DNA from: the human T2T-CHM13v2.0 reference genome, Homo sapiens
Length of the DNA stretch: 64,000 bases
Direction: 5' to 3' (one strand)
Assembly: GCF_009914755.1 (NCBI RefSeq)
Contig: NC_060929.1
Positions 12,187-24,529 of this stretch are shown here, in pieces. A model generated the notes under the pieces. It was not told the DNA's origin. It worked only from the letters and a program-made list of their open reading frames with translations, and made no database searches. Each line of letters opens with the position of its first letter. Within the stretch, counting starts at the first letter, position 1. The position numbers were made by a program, and so were the translations under genes.

Positions 12187-14300
12187 CACCATATTAAGTA
12201 TTTGAGTGTATTTGTTTCAACTCCATGAGTGTCAAATTTTCCAGTTCTTTTACTTGAAGGGTCACTTTTTAGATCATTTGACAGGACAGCAGCAATACAT
12301 GAGAATTTAAACTTTGGAGATTATACACTTGAACACAACAAAGTGGAAAATAATAATCAAAAAAAGTTATATTAACAGATCCTGTGATTCAGTTTTTAAG
12401 AAAAATCTTAATTCCTAAAGTAAGCTAAGGCCCACTTCCTAAATTGCTCTGAAAACATATATTAATTCCAATCTAAAGAACCCACAGAAATATGTGGCAT
12501 TATTACCCAAAGTATCTACATTTATGGCTTTTTATTTTTTTTAGATCCTTTTAGAAGATTAAAATCCAAAAGATTTGTAGGGATTGAGTATAATATTCTT
12601 CTCCTTAAACAACACATGCTCTTTCTTGAGAAGGTGATATTATGTTTTGGAGACCTATTCCAAGCAAACTAATTTCTAATTTAGTGAATCCTTTGGTCTA
12701 AGAGTTCTGTAACCTTGACAACTTGACCTAGTTCTCTTGCTGTCCTCAGACTATGGCATGTAGTATCCTCCCAACTTTGAAGGCCTGTTTTAAAGAATAA
12801 ATTGAAGAGGCTTAAGGACAATAGAAGGCAACTAGAATTTCTCTTGAATAGTTTAGAGTTGCAGGTTCCTAGATGTCTAGATTATTATAGTGTTTGCCAC
12901 GTAAAAAAGGCACATAGAGGTTGAGCCAAATTACACAGGAAATCAACTGATTGTTAATAGAAACTGGTATCAAGGGAAGCTTGGTGGCCCCCATAAGAAA
13001 ATGTGCAGACTCATCAAATGAGTTTGATTATTCAGTAGCTAAATCATGAGTAAATTGCAACTTGTTACTGACTCATGCCAGTAAGTGAATAAAGATGCAA
13101 AAAACAAATTTTAAGAATGTGGGACTTATAGGTAGCAAATGTGTATTAAAATAGTTCAAAACTTTAAGCCAGCCAAAAGAAAACAAAGTAGCTAGGAAAA
13201 AAATATGCATACGTGTTACAATGTGACAACATGCCCCTCTAGCTATCTGGGTCTTGTTCTCTGGATCTTGAGTGGAAACTATCTACCTCCTGATGTCTAT
13301 TTGCTTCTCAAAGATTTCTAAGCATCTTCAGCCTGAAGGTTTTTATCTTGATAGTCTTCAAGTGATTTGAGAATGGCTCATGTCTCTACATGACAAACAA
13401 TGACTCAAGGACAAAGCCCTTGGCATTTTCACTGATGTGATAATTGTAAACCATATTTGATAAGGTTCTTTCTAGTAGGTTTCAAATTATGTCTTGTTCT
13501 GATACATTCCCAAGGAACCAGTTGTCCAGAATTTGTTTATGGAGAGATAGTTTAGTATGATGTTGCGAAATGGATGCCAAGATTCAGTGAGAATACTAAG
13601 TGTATTGCCAGAGAGTGAAAATTTGAGTTGGCAATGACATTCTCAGAAACACAGGGTGGCGTCTAAAGGCTTTATATAATTTTTAAAGGTAATAATAAAC
13701 CCCGAAAGTGCTGATCTCACTGGAATTAAAAGTAATAGCAATACCATGGGCAATGGAAGTTTAAGCGTCTCTGAAAGCATTGCCAATTTTACTTTCAGAA
13801 TTTCATTTGTACTTACTCACTGTCTTTTCCAAAGATCAAGAGGGATCGGCACAGTTAAATTTCTTATTAATTGTCCAGATTTTAAGTTCCGGTAAAATGG
13901 GTGCTTTTGTCATTAGTTATTTTGGAATCTCCTAGGTTTAATTATGAAATCAAGTAATTATTTGTTATTGTTAGGACAATACCTCTCTGGCAAGGAAAAG
14001 CTTCAATTAGCTTCGAGAATAAACACAAAATGATAAAAACTTATTTAATACATATTGCAGGTAAGTAGTATAAATTCTATTAGGAGATGTTAAAAAAATC
14101 CTCAATCCAATGTATAGGAACCTGTCAATATCTCACCTTTGCAATTTAACTGGGTTTACAATTGCAACATATAAAACATGCACCAGAGACACTGTCAAAA
14201 CTTTTAGTCAAGTTTCCAAAAAAAAAAAATTATTGCTTGAGAACAGTGGATAATTTGTATTTATTGTGGTAAAATACTAAATGGTTCTGACTAATATTAC
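12187..14300 (-). mobile_element. Degenerate ERV1 internal region: integrase remnant (about 13650-14250) and probable env TM remnant (about 12310-12440)
   Basis: Minus-strand translation TNEILKVKLAMLSETLKLPLPMVLLLLLIPVRS resembles the IN core end; SVSGACFICCNCKPS resembles the IN zinc-finger CxxC; hydrophobic QDLLI*LFLIIIFHFVVFKCIISKV resembles env TM; many stops. Confidence 0.65.
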
Positions 14301-15054
14301 ATTTAGGAATGCTAGCAAAAAAAAAAAGAGCACAAAATTATCTCTTGAGGTTTAACATACAATAGGTAAGTGTGTACTTAAATATCTTTTTTGGATCAAT
14401 AATATATTTTAACCAGTGAGGGTACACTGCTTTTCAACATAACACATACCTTCACAAAACTGTCAAGAAACATCACCATATTTTCTCTGGCTTAGGAGGG
14501 TGTTTAACTAAGATAGAAAGGGTTGGGGGAGGATGGAGAGAGAGGGATACATAGACAAATTATTGTACCAGTATTTGTGGTTGATCTTGAGTAGGTTTAT
14601 ATTGAATACTGAAAACTATGGAACATATGTTTTAATTTAATTTCACAGAATTAACATAGGAAGAATGTCTTTATCTTTTTGTGGTAAATTTGATAAACGA
14701 CAGAGCTCTCAAAATAGTTTTAAGTTAAATGCTCTTTGGAGAATGTCAAGACAAACTTAAATTATTTCCATTATTTTTACCTTTATAAAATAAAGGACCA
14801 AAGCTTTATTACCTGTGAGCCAATACAGGAAAGCCAAAGATATTTTAAACATAAAATACATCTTAAAATTTCTATATTCTGAATTTGAAGCTTGAAAGGA
14901 AAACGCAAGACTTTTCAGGAGAGAAGCATTACATTTTGTAAAGGTAAAAAGTAGTTATCAATAATATTTACAACCACAGTCACAAATACTACTAATCATT
15001 AGGAATCATTTTGCTAAAATAAGTCAGTAGGTAATGAACTTAAAGTTTCTAACT

Positions 15055-17669
15055 GACATACAAAGAAAAACCCATATCAATGCTACTGAATCTATTCTGA
15101 AATATTGAGGAGGAGGGACTTCTTGCTAACTCATTCCATGAAGCTGGCATCAGCCCAATACCAAAATCTGGCAGAGGCACAACAAAAAGAGAAAACCTCA
15201 GGCCGAAACCCCTAATGAACATGGATGCAGAAATCCTCAGCAAAATATTAGCAAGTCAAATCCAGCAGCACGTCAAAAAGTTAATCCAACACAATTAAGT
15301 GGGCTTTGTTCCTGGGATGCAAGGCTGGTTAAACACGCACAAATCAATAATGTGATTCACAACATAAATACAATTAAAAACAAAAACTGTATGATCATCT
15401 CAATAGATACAGAGAAAGCTTTCGATAGAATCCAACAACACTTCGTCATAAAAACCCACAAAAGAATAGACATTGAAGGAATATACCTCAAAATAATGGA
15501 AGTCATCTATAACAGACCCACAGCTGATATCACACTGAATGGGCAAAATCTGGACGCATTCCCATTGAGAACTGGCACAAGACAAGGAGGCCCACTCTCT
15601 CCACTCCTGTTCAACATCTAATAGAAGTCCTAGTCAGAGCAATCAGGCAAGAGTAACAAATAAAAGACTTCTACATTTAAAAAAAAATGTGAAACTATCT
15701 CTCTTTGCTGATAATAAGATTCTACACCTAGGAAAATCCTAAAGACTTTATCAGAAAGCTCCTAGAACTGATAAACGATGTAAGTAAAGTTTCAGGATAC
15801 AAAATCAATGTACAAATTCAGTAGCATTTCTGTACAACAACAACATCCAGGCTAAGAGCCAAATTAAGAACACAATGCCACTTACAATAGCCACAAAGAC
15901 AATGAAATACTTAGGTCTACAGCTAGCTGAGAAGGTGAAAGATTTCTACAAGGAGAACTACAAAACACTGCTGAAAGAGAGATTACACAAATAAATGGAA
16001 AAACATTCCGTGCTTACGGATTCGAAGAAGCATTCTTGTAATAATGGCCATACTGTCCAATGCAGTTTACAGATTCCATGCTATTCTTGTCAAAATACCA
16101 ACACCATTCTTCAAGGAATTAGAAAAAATACGATTTTAAAATTCATATGGAGCCAAAAAAGAGCCTATATAGCCAAAGGAATTCTAAGCAAAAAGAAAAA
16201 AGCCAGAGGCTTTACACTACTCAACTTCAAACTATACTATAAAGCTACATTAATCAAAACATGTTGGTACTGGTACAAAAACAAATATGTAGACCAATGG
16301 AACAGAAGAGAAAACTGAAATAAAGCCACTCACCTACAACCATCTGATCTTCAACAAGGATGACAAAAACAAACAATGGTGTATATATTCAATGGACTTT
16401 GTATTCAATAAATGGTGCTGGGATAACTGGCTATCCATATACAGAAGATTAAAGCTGGACCTGTACCTTTCACTATATACAAAAATTAACTCAAAATATA
16501 TCAAAGATTTAAATGTAAGACCTTAAACTATAAAAATCCTAGAAGAAAACCTAGGAAACACTTTTCTCAATTGTTGGCCTTGGCAAACAATTTTTGGCTA
16601 AGTCCCCAAAAGTAATTGCAACAAAAACAAAAATTGACAACTGGCACCTAATTAAACTAAAGAACGTCTGCACAGGAAAAGAAACATCAACAGAGCAAAC
16701 AGATAACCTATAGAATGAAAGAAGATATTCACAAACTATGTATCTGACAAAGGTCTAATATCCAGAATCTACCGGGAACTTAAATCAACAAGCAAAAATA
16801 AATTTTCCCATTAAAAAATGAGCAAAGGACATGACCAGAAACTTCTCAAAGGAAGACATAAAAGCAGCCAACAAACATTTGACAAAATGCTCAGGATCAC
16901 TAATCATCAGATAAATGCAAATCAAAACCACAATGAGAAACTCACCATTCAGAATGGCTATTACTAAAAAGTCAAAAAAAAAATAAAAAAAGATGCTGGG
17001 AGGCTGTGGAAAAAAGGGAATGTTTGTACACTGTTGGAGGGAATGCAAATTAGTCCAGCCACTGTGCAAAGCAGTCTGGAGATTTCTCAAAGAACTTAAA
17101 ACAGAGCTACCATTCAAGCCAGCAATCCCATAATGGGTTATATACCCAAGGAAAAATAAATCATCCTACCAAAAAGACACATGCACTTGTATATTAATTG
17201 CTGTGTTATTCACTATAGCAAAGACATAGAATCAACCCAGGTGCCTATCAATGGTAGATTGGATAAAGAAAATTTATGGCATATACACCATGGAATACTA
17301 TTCATCCATCATTTATTTAATTCCATAAAAATAGAATGAAATTATGTCCTTTGCAGCAACATGGATGCAGCTGGAGGCCATAATTCTAAGGGAATTAGTG
17401 CAAAAACAGAAAACCAAATACTGCGTGTTCTCACTTATAGGAGGGAGCTAAACATTGAGTACAAGTGGATATAAACATTGTACAGTAGACATTGTGGTCT
17501 ACTAGAAAAGAAAGGGAGGAAAAGAGGAATGGGTTGAAAAACTACCTATTGGGTACTATGATCATTACATGGGTGATGGGATCCATACACAAAGCCTCAG
17601 CATCATACAATATTCCCATGTAACAAACCTGCACATGTACCCCTCATAAATAAAAATTGAATTTTTTAA
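15055..17669 (+). mobile_element. 5'-truncated L1PA15/16-like LINE-1 (ORF2 RT to 3'UTR), inactive
   Basis: [20 protein letters not shown] and WYWYKN motifs with frameshifts; L1PA15/16-type 3'UTR; 13-bp TSD AAAGTTTCTAACT (15042-15054) / AAAGCTTCTAACT (17670-17682). Confidence 0.95.
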
Positions 17670-17940
17670 AAAGCTTCTAACTTTAGTCTAAAATATAATT
17701 AATAAATTATGATCTTAACAGACAATAACAATCTCTTTAAGAAAAAAATATATATTTATCATATAGAGTACACATTCCAAACTTCTTATACTTTTAAGGA
17801 AAATCCATGTATAAATACATTTTAACAGAATGAAATGGCTTTTATTTGATTTTGCACAAAAGTAAAAATCCTGAACAGGATATGGACATTTCTGCCTAAT
17901 TTGTTCTGTAACTGCTTATTCAATCTCCCTTAATACCTTA

Positions 17941-18528
17941 TATATTAGTCAAGGTTCCCTAGAGGGATAGAACTAATAGGATATATGTATTATACATCCT
18001 AATATATACCCATATATAAAATAAGATATGTAATAAAACAAGATATATATATAATATACCCTATTTTATATAAGTATGTATATATACATATGTACATATA
18101 TAAAATAGGATATATTATATACAATATAAAATTATTATATATTATATATGGAGTTTTTTAAGTATTACTGTACATGATCACAAGTTCCCACAATAGGCTG
18201 TCTGCAAGCTTGAGGAGCAAGGAGAGTCAGTCTGAATTTCAAAACTGAAGAACCTGGAGTCTGATGCTTGAGGGCAGAAGCATCCAGCATGGGAGAAAGA
18301 TGTAGGCTGGGAGGCTAGGCCAGTCTCGCCTCTTCACGTTTTTCTGCCTGCCTTATATTCACTAACAGCTGATTAGGTTGTGCCCACCAGATTAAAGGTG
18401 GGTCTGTCTTCCCCAGCCCACTGACCCTAATGTTAATCTCCTTTGGCAATACCCTCACAGACACACCCAGGATCAATACTTTGTATGCTTCAATCCAATT
18501 AAGTTGACACTCAATATTAACCAATACA
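17941..18528 (-). mobile_element. MLT2A1-like LTR (3' LTR of HERV-L) with expanded TA-rich tract
   Basis: TATATTAGTCAAGGTTCCCTAGAGGGATAGAACTAATAGG..GAAAGATGTAGGCTGGGAGGCTAGGCCAG..CAATATTAACCAATACA. Confidence 0.9.
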
Positions 18529-20260
18529 AGTCCACCTTTTGTCAGCTTGAACCTATACACATCTCCTGAGATGATATATAATCTTCAAATAAAGACAATA
18601 ATAAGGTCAAAATTACACGTAACATAGTACAACTATCCTTCGTACAACCGGAAAAGCACCAATCCCCAACCCAAATACTATTACCTAAAGTTAACAATAC
18701 TTAAATGCTAATATGAAGTCAATATTTCTTATGTCTCATGATGAAGGAAAAGGAAATAAAATGAAGATATTATCTTAGTACAGGTGTATACATGCACAAA
18801 CACATTTTTAATAAAAGAAGGAGGAAATACTCATGACAGTTACAGTCCTCGTTTCAGCAGCTGGTCATGTGGTTGTAGCTGGTATTGATGGCTGCCTTCT
18901 TATACTACCCGTTCTGTATTCTTTTTGCCTTCAGCAAGCACCTCAGGAAGCCATAGTTTTTTGTTTGTTTGTTTTTAGTTTTGGTCTTTTTTTCCTGGTG
19001 AAGTAATCCAGACCTTCATGCTCGAGGGTTCTGGACTATTTGCAGTCCTGCTTGGATTGGGCTGTTGTAGTTTCCCATTGACCATAATCACAGGGCATGG
19101 TAATACTGAGCAACACTCTAATGGATCACCTGTATTTCATGCATACTCTTTCTTGCCTCCATTATGGAGTAGTAGACTGATTTCATCTTGATAGTCCAGA
19201 TCAATCACCCCAGCCAATACTGTAACTCCCTTCTTAGCCTGTTGACTTAAAGGTAGGAGGAGCCAAAGTGTCCAGGTGGCAATCTTAACTTCCAGTTTAA
19301 TGGAATCTTTATTGTGTCTCCTGGTGGCAGCATTCCTCCCTCTGGAACTAAGACCTCTAGGCCAGCAGAATGTAATGTCACAGGAATAGGAAGCAAAAAT
19401 TTTGCTAGTGGATCACTAGGGGTGGTGGTGAATGGTGCCACTTTTACTTCCATCCCTTAATTCCTGGACTTGTGAATCCCGGCTATGGAAGAAATAGTAC
19501 CATCTACTGGATGCTGATTCAGAGCATACACGGCCTTCTGGAAAACTTTGCCCCAGCTCTGCAAAGTGTTGTCACCTAGTTGGCATTGTAATTGTGATTT
19601 CAAAAGGCCATTTCACCATTCTAAGAATCCAACTGAGTCGGGATGATGGGAAACATGGTAAGACCACTGAATTGTCTTACCATGAGCCCACTGTTGCACT
19701 TCTTTAGCCATAAAGTGAGTGCCTTCATCAGAGGCAATGCTGTGTGGAATACCATGATCATGGGTAAGGCATTCCATGAGACCATGGATGATCGTCTTGG
19801 CAGAAGCACTGCGTGCAAGGTAGGCAAACCTATATCCAGAGTAGGTGTGTATTCCAGTGAGGACAAACCTCTGCCCTTTCCATGATGGAAGAGGTCCAAC
19901 ATAATCAATCTGCCACCAGGTAGCTGGCTGATCACCCCGAGGAATGCTGCCATATTAAGGGCTCAGTGTTGGTCTCTGCTGCTGGCAAATTGGGCACTCA
20001 GCAGTGTCTGTAGCCACTTCAGCCTTGGTGAGTGGAAGTCCATGTTGTTGAGCCCATGAGTAACCTCCATCCCTGGCACCATTGCCACTTTGTTCATGGG
20101 TTCATTGGGCAATGACAAAGGTCACTAGAGAAAGAGGCTGAGTGGGGTCCACAGAAGCGGTCGTTGCATCCACTTGATTATTAAAATACTTCTCTCCTAA
20201 GGTCAACCATTGGTGAGTGCTCACATAGGATACAAATATCTTCTCAGTTTTTGACCACTC
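18529..20260 (-). mobile_element. HERV-L internal 3' part: integrase and dUTPase pseudogene; 5' part missing
   Basis: WWQIDYVGPLPSWKGQRFVLTG and IASDEGTHF (IN core); SAGLEVLVP..LPPGHFG and VLAGVIDLDYQDEI (dUTPase motifs), in ERV-L order; disrupted by frameshifts. Confidence 0.92.
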
Positions 20261-20789
20261 ATTTTCACTTAGCTACAGACAAATAATCTCAGATTCTCTG
20301 CAAGTTACCAAGCTCTTTTCTTTCTCAAAAAAAGCACATTTTGTCAGATATACTATTATTGTTTTCACCAGTGAAAACTAGAAAAAAGAAAACCTGAAAC
20401 TTTATTATATTTTCCCGTGAGCACACATTTCATTTTATCCTTACAAAATTTCATGTGGCAAAATATATAGGTATACAATAACATTTTCAAAGACATTTGA
20501 AAATTATTTATTCACTGTAGTTATTTTATAATGCTAAAAATTACAGGTACATTAAAATAACGTATGATTACTAAAGTTTGTTTTCCTCTTTCCAATGTGC
20601 CCAAGTATTCACAGAGTATCACTCAGTTTTTACATTTAAATATGATATTAGTGTTAACTCCCTAATTCTATATTTAAATATACTACTGATCATATACATA
20701 TCGGTCTGTATTCTAGAGTTGGCAAAACATCTACAGTAAGATGTTCATAAAATAGGTAGACAGTTCAAAAAAAACAAAACGCTTTGAAT

Positions 20790-21128
20790 TCATATTTCGA
20801 CTCAGTTGATGTATACAAGCCAAAGACCCAAGAAACAAATATGTAACCAAACAAAGCTGGATTTCTTACTTGTTGAAGCATTTGAGAAACCATAAGAATA
20901 TTTAGTCATTTTTGTAGTGTCTAATACCTTTGTTTCTAGTCTCTAATTTAAAAAGATCATGAGTTATTTGGGTTTCTTTGTTCTGTTCTATCTATGTCAC
21001 AGAGAGTTCTAGTCAGATGTTTATTTTCTGTGAATTGTTAATATGGGTAGGAGAACCACATGACCTACATTGGAGAAATTAGGCCAGTTACAAGCTGTCA
21101 TCTATCAGGTACAATTATTTCTTTGTCA
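20790..21128 (-). mobile_element. Possible ancient ERV1 LTR fragment, MER89/MER90-like
   Basis: ACAAAGCTGGATTTCTTACTTGTTG..GTCACAGAGAGTTCTAGTCAGATG..GGAGAACCACATGACCTA; weak recall match. Confidence 0.35.
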
Positions 21129-21139
21129 CTCTTTACCCT

Positions 21140-21630
21140 TTACTATGTTAAAGATTAAATACAAAAGTGAATCAATTAAAACATTAGAACAATAGATTTA
21201 TAAATTTAATTTTAGTATGACAGAAAACCAAATAGTTGTATAATTTGAGACAAATAATTTTGACTACAAAAAAAATCAAAGATGTCTGCAGAAGAAAAAT
21301 CATTAAATATTATGTGGCAAAATTGATAGAAACATTTGCAGTAGATGTAATAAGAAAATGACTGATTCTTCTAAATAAAAGTTGCTGTAAATAAATTAAA
21401 ATATTATTGGTGATCCAATGAGCAATGGATGTGAACTGGCAATTTGTAGAAAAAAAATTATAGTTGGCTTATACATATTTTAAAGGATGCTTCTATTCTT
21501 ATAAAGGAAATCACAAGTTAAAATGACAGCGAAACATTGCTTTCAGGTTTTGGTTGGTTGTTAAAGGGTTAGAGAAATAGTCATTCTCGAGATGGTATGC
21601 ATTTAAATGTATGAAAGAATTAAAATATAT
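21140..21630 (+). mobile_element. Old L1M ORF2 3' fragment
   Basis: A-rich decayed L1 with GATGTGAACTGGCAATTT..AAAGGATGCTTC..GGAAATCACAAGTTAAAATGACA. Confidence 0.5.
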
Positions 21631-21635
21631 TCTAA

Positions 21636-22423
21636 TGGATACAGGAGGGAGGCAGGGAAATGCTGGGTAGAGAAGAACGGGTTCCTGGCTAGGGCTCCAC
21701 CCCCAGGCCTGTGTCCACAGACCTAGGTGTGGACAGATATTTCTGTTTTCCTGCCCAAATGTTGCATTTTCCATACCACCCTGGCCCATCATGCCCCCAT
21801 CCTGTGCCTATAAAAACCCGGAGACCCTAACAGTTAGAGACAGAAACAGCTGGATGTCAAAAGAAACACATGGATGGAAGAACACACAAGTGGCTGGAAC
21901 TTGAGAGAAGCATGCTGGCAGAAGAACACACCGGCAGACATCAGCAGATGCTGGAAGGCCATCTATGGTGGAAAAACGTAGAAGGGAATCTGGCTGGGGC
22001 GGTCAGAGGAGAGTCTGGACATTGAGTGGCCCTACTCCAGGGGAATGCCACCTTCCCACTCCATCCCCCTTCTGGCTCTCCATCTATCTGCTGAGAGCTT
22101 CCTCCATTCAATAAAACTTTGCACTCATTCTCCCAGCCCATGTGTGATCCAATTTTTCTGGTACACTAAGGAAAGAACCCGGGAATACAGAAAGCCCTCT
22201 GTCCTTGCAATAAGGCAGAGGGTGTAACTGAGCTGATGAACACAAGCAACCTGCAGACATCAAAACAGCCCACTGGGGCTTCAGGAGCTGTAAGCATTCA
22301 CCCCTAGACACCACCATGGGGTCGGAGCCCCACAACCTGCCCGTCTTCAGTCTTCATGCTCACCCTAGAGGTTTGAGCAGGGAGACACTGAAGAAACGAC
22401 AGGGGGACATTTTCTGCTTCTCA
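21636..22423 (+). mobile_element. LTR1-family (HUERS-P2-type) ERV1 solo LTR
   Basis: GGCAGGGAAATGCTGGGTAGAGAAG..GGGCTCCACCC..CCCAAATGTTGCATTTTCC..TGTGCCTATAAAAACCC; TATA at about 21809, AATAAA at about 22110. Confidence 0.8.
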
Positions 22424-22431
22424 ATGATTTA

Positions 22432-22760
<329 letters not shown>

Positions 22761-23074
22761 GAAAAGGGAAGTATATCACCATCACCGTAAGAAAATCAAG
22801 TGTTATTTCTAATAAATTTTATTTATTAGTGAGATTTTATAAAATTCAATGTTATTAATTGCATATGATGGGCACCTGATTGTTTTATATTTATTTTTCA
22901 TTATGTAGTATGTTTTCTACATTATTATTCAATTATGAGAAAATTTAATAATTCAGTATAGAAATAAAACACAAGTAATGTAGGTTTTCAGGAGGCAAAA
23001 GGAAAGTTACCTTAGTTGAGTGAAATTCACATATTTGTTCCTTTGTTTAAAAAAATTGATTTGCTTACAGCTAC

Positions 23075-23460
23075 TGTAATTAATATGTAGTTACTTAAAG
23101 GGGTGTGCTGCTGTTACAGTAACCTAAAATATGCAGGCTTTTCATTGCTCTTAGGTAGCAGCAGTAAGGAAACCTATCTGAGTCTGGGAAATGGTGACTT
23201 ACGCTATTAATGGGGAAATTAATGCTTCATAATTCTGTCACTTATAATGACATGGAAGTCACACCAAGTTGGACTATATATTAAGTCTGCTGTTCTAAGG
23301 GGAGATAATGCTAAAGTATGTGTTAGCTATTCTAGGCTGAGCTTAGCAAGACATAAGTAGGGGGATTGCAGGCAATAAGAAAAGGGAATCAAGAGAGCCC
23401 AAATTGTAGAGCTTTGGAAAAGCCAACTTATCCAGACTTCCAATAGTAGCAAATAAAATA
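23075..23460 (+). mobile_element. Probable MaLR (MLT1-type) internal fragment
   Basis: GGGTGTGCTGCTGTTACAGTAACCTAAAATATG..GGAAATGGTGAC resembles the start of MLT1-int. Confidence 0.4.
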
Positions 23461-24529
23461 TTTTAAATAATTTTAAAACTGACTAATTATATCTTCTGCA
23501 GAAGTCACTCTTTAAAAATAACCATTTGTCATTATAAAATTTCAAATTACGTTAAGGTTAAATCCAAAATTTAATATATTTTTCTTGTAATATGTTTTAT
23601 TTAAAAACTATCAAATATAAATGCCAGCTGTACATTTGCACAAAAGAGATGAAACAGTTCTTTTTCAAGGGATTTTCAATAAACCCTGAAGACCAGAGCA
23701 GCATCTCTGGTTAAAAATTTCAAACAGTCCATGTGTTAGTACTGTACGTGGTGTGATAACTTAGCATATGTAGTGTTTGATGTTTTAATTATAAGACCCA
23801 GGTTTTAATTAAAGTAAACTTTTTGCTTTAGGCTAATGGAGACATATTGTTATAATATATTTATAGTAACAGATGATTATCTTAGTAACATTTTGTCTGC
23901 AGATAAACAAATCTTTAAAGGAAATGGTGTTAATCTATTGAGTATTAAAATATAATATTCCAATCTTCCTTATTCACAACTGCAGCCTCAAAATGCACTG
24001 CAAAGTTTAATATTTGCCAGCACCTTTTTGTACCTACAAATAATTGCCTGCAGACAAGGTGAAAATATTGTTTTCAACAGAAAATTTTTTGAATGTTCAT
24101 TATAGTTATGATCCTACCTTGGAGTGAATTTTAAATATTTTGTGTGGCACAAGTCTGTAGTTATGCTTATGTGGACCAAGGCAGTGATTACTCTGCTAAC
24201 ATTTTATGGAGCATAAATAACTTTTGCATTTACTTTCAATCACCCATATTTTGATATAATATTATATCTTCGGTATACTAAGTTTCACATCTGCTTATTT
24301 CTCATTCATTGAATAATTGTTCAATACTTTATTGACTTAAAAACATAAATGGATTAGGTAAAGTCAGGTTAATTTTCTCTCTCTTTAACTTATATGTAAG
24401 AGAAGAGAAGCAGTGAGATATACGTATTTTAAGTGAATTTATATGTGAAGAGGGATAGCTATAGACTCATCTTAAATTGCCTGACAATTTATTTTGTATG
24501 TTAAAATTGTCAACTAAGAGGAGGGAAAA

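Noticed and set aside
15352-17117. RT-like ORFs as an active retroelement
   Set aside because: 5'-truncated L1 with many stops and frameshifts; FADD has decayed to FADN.
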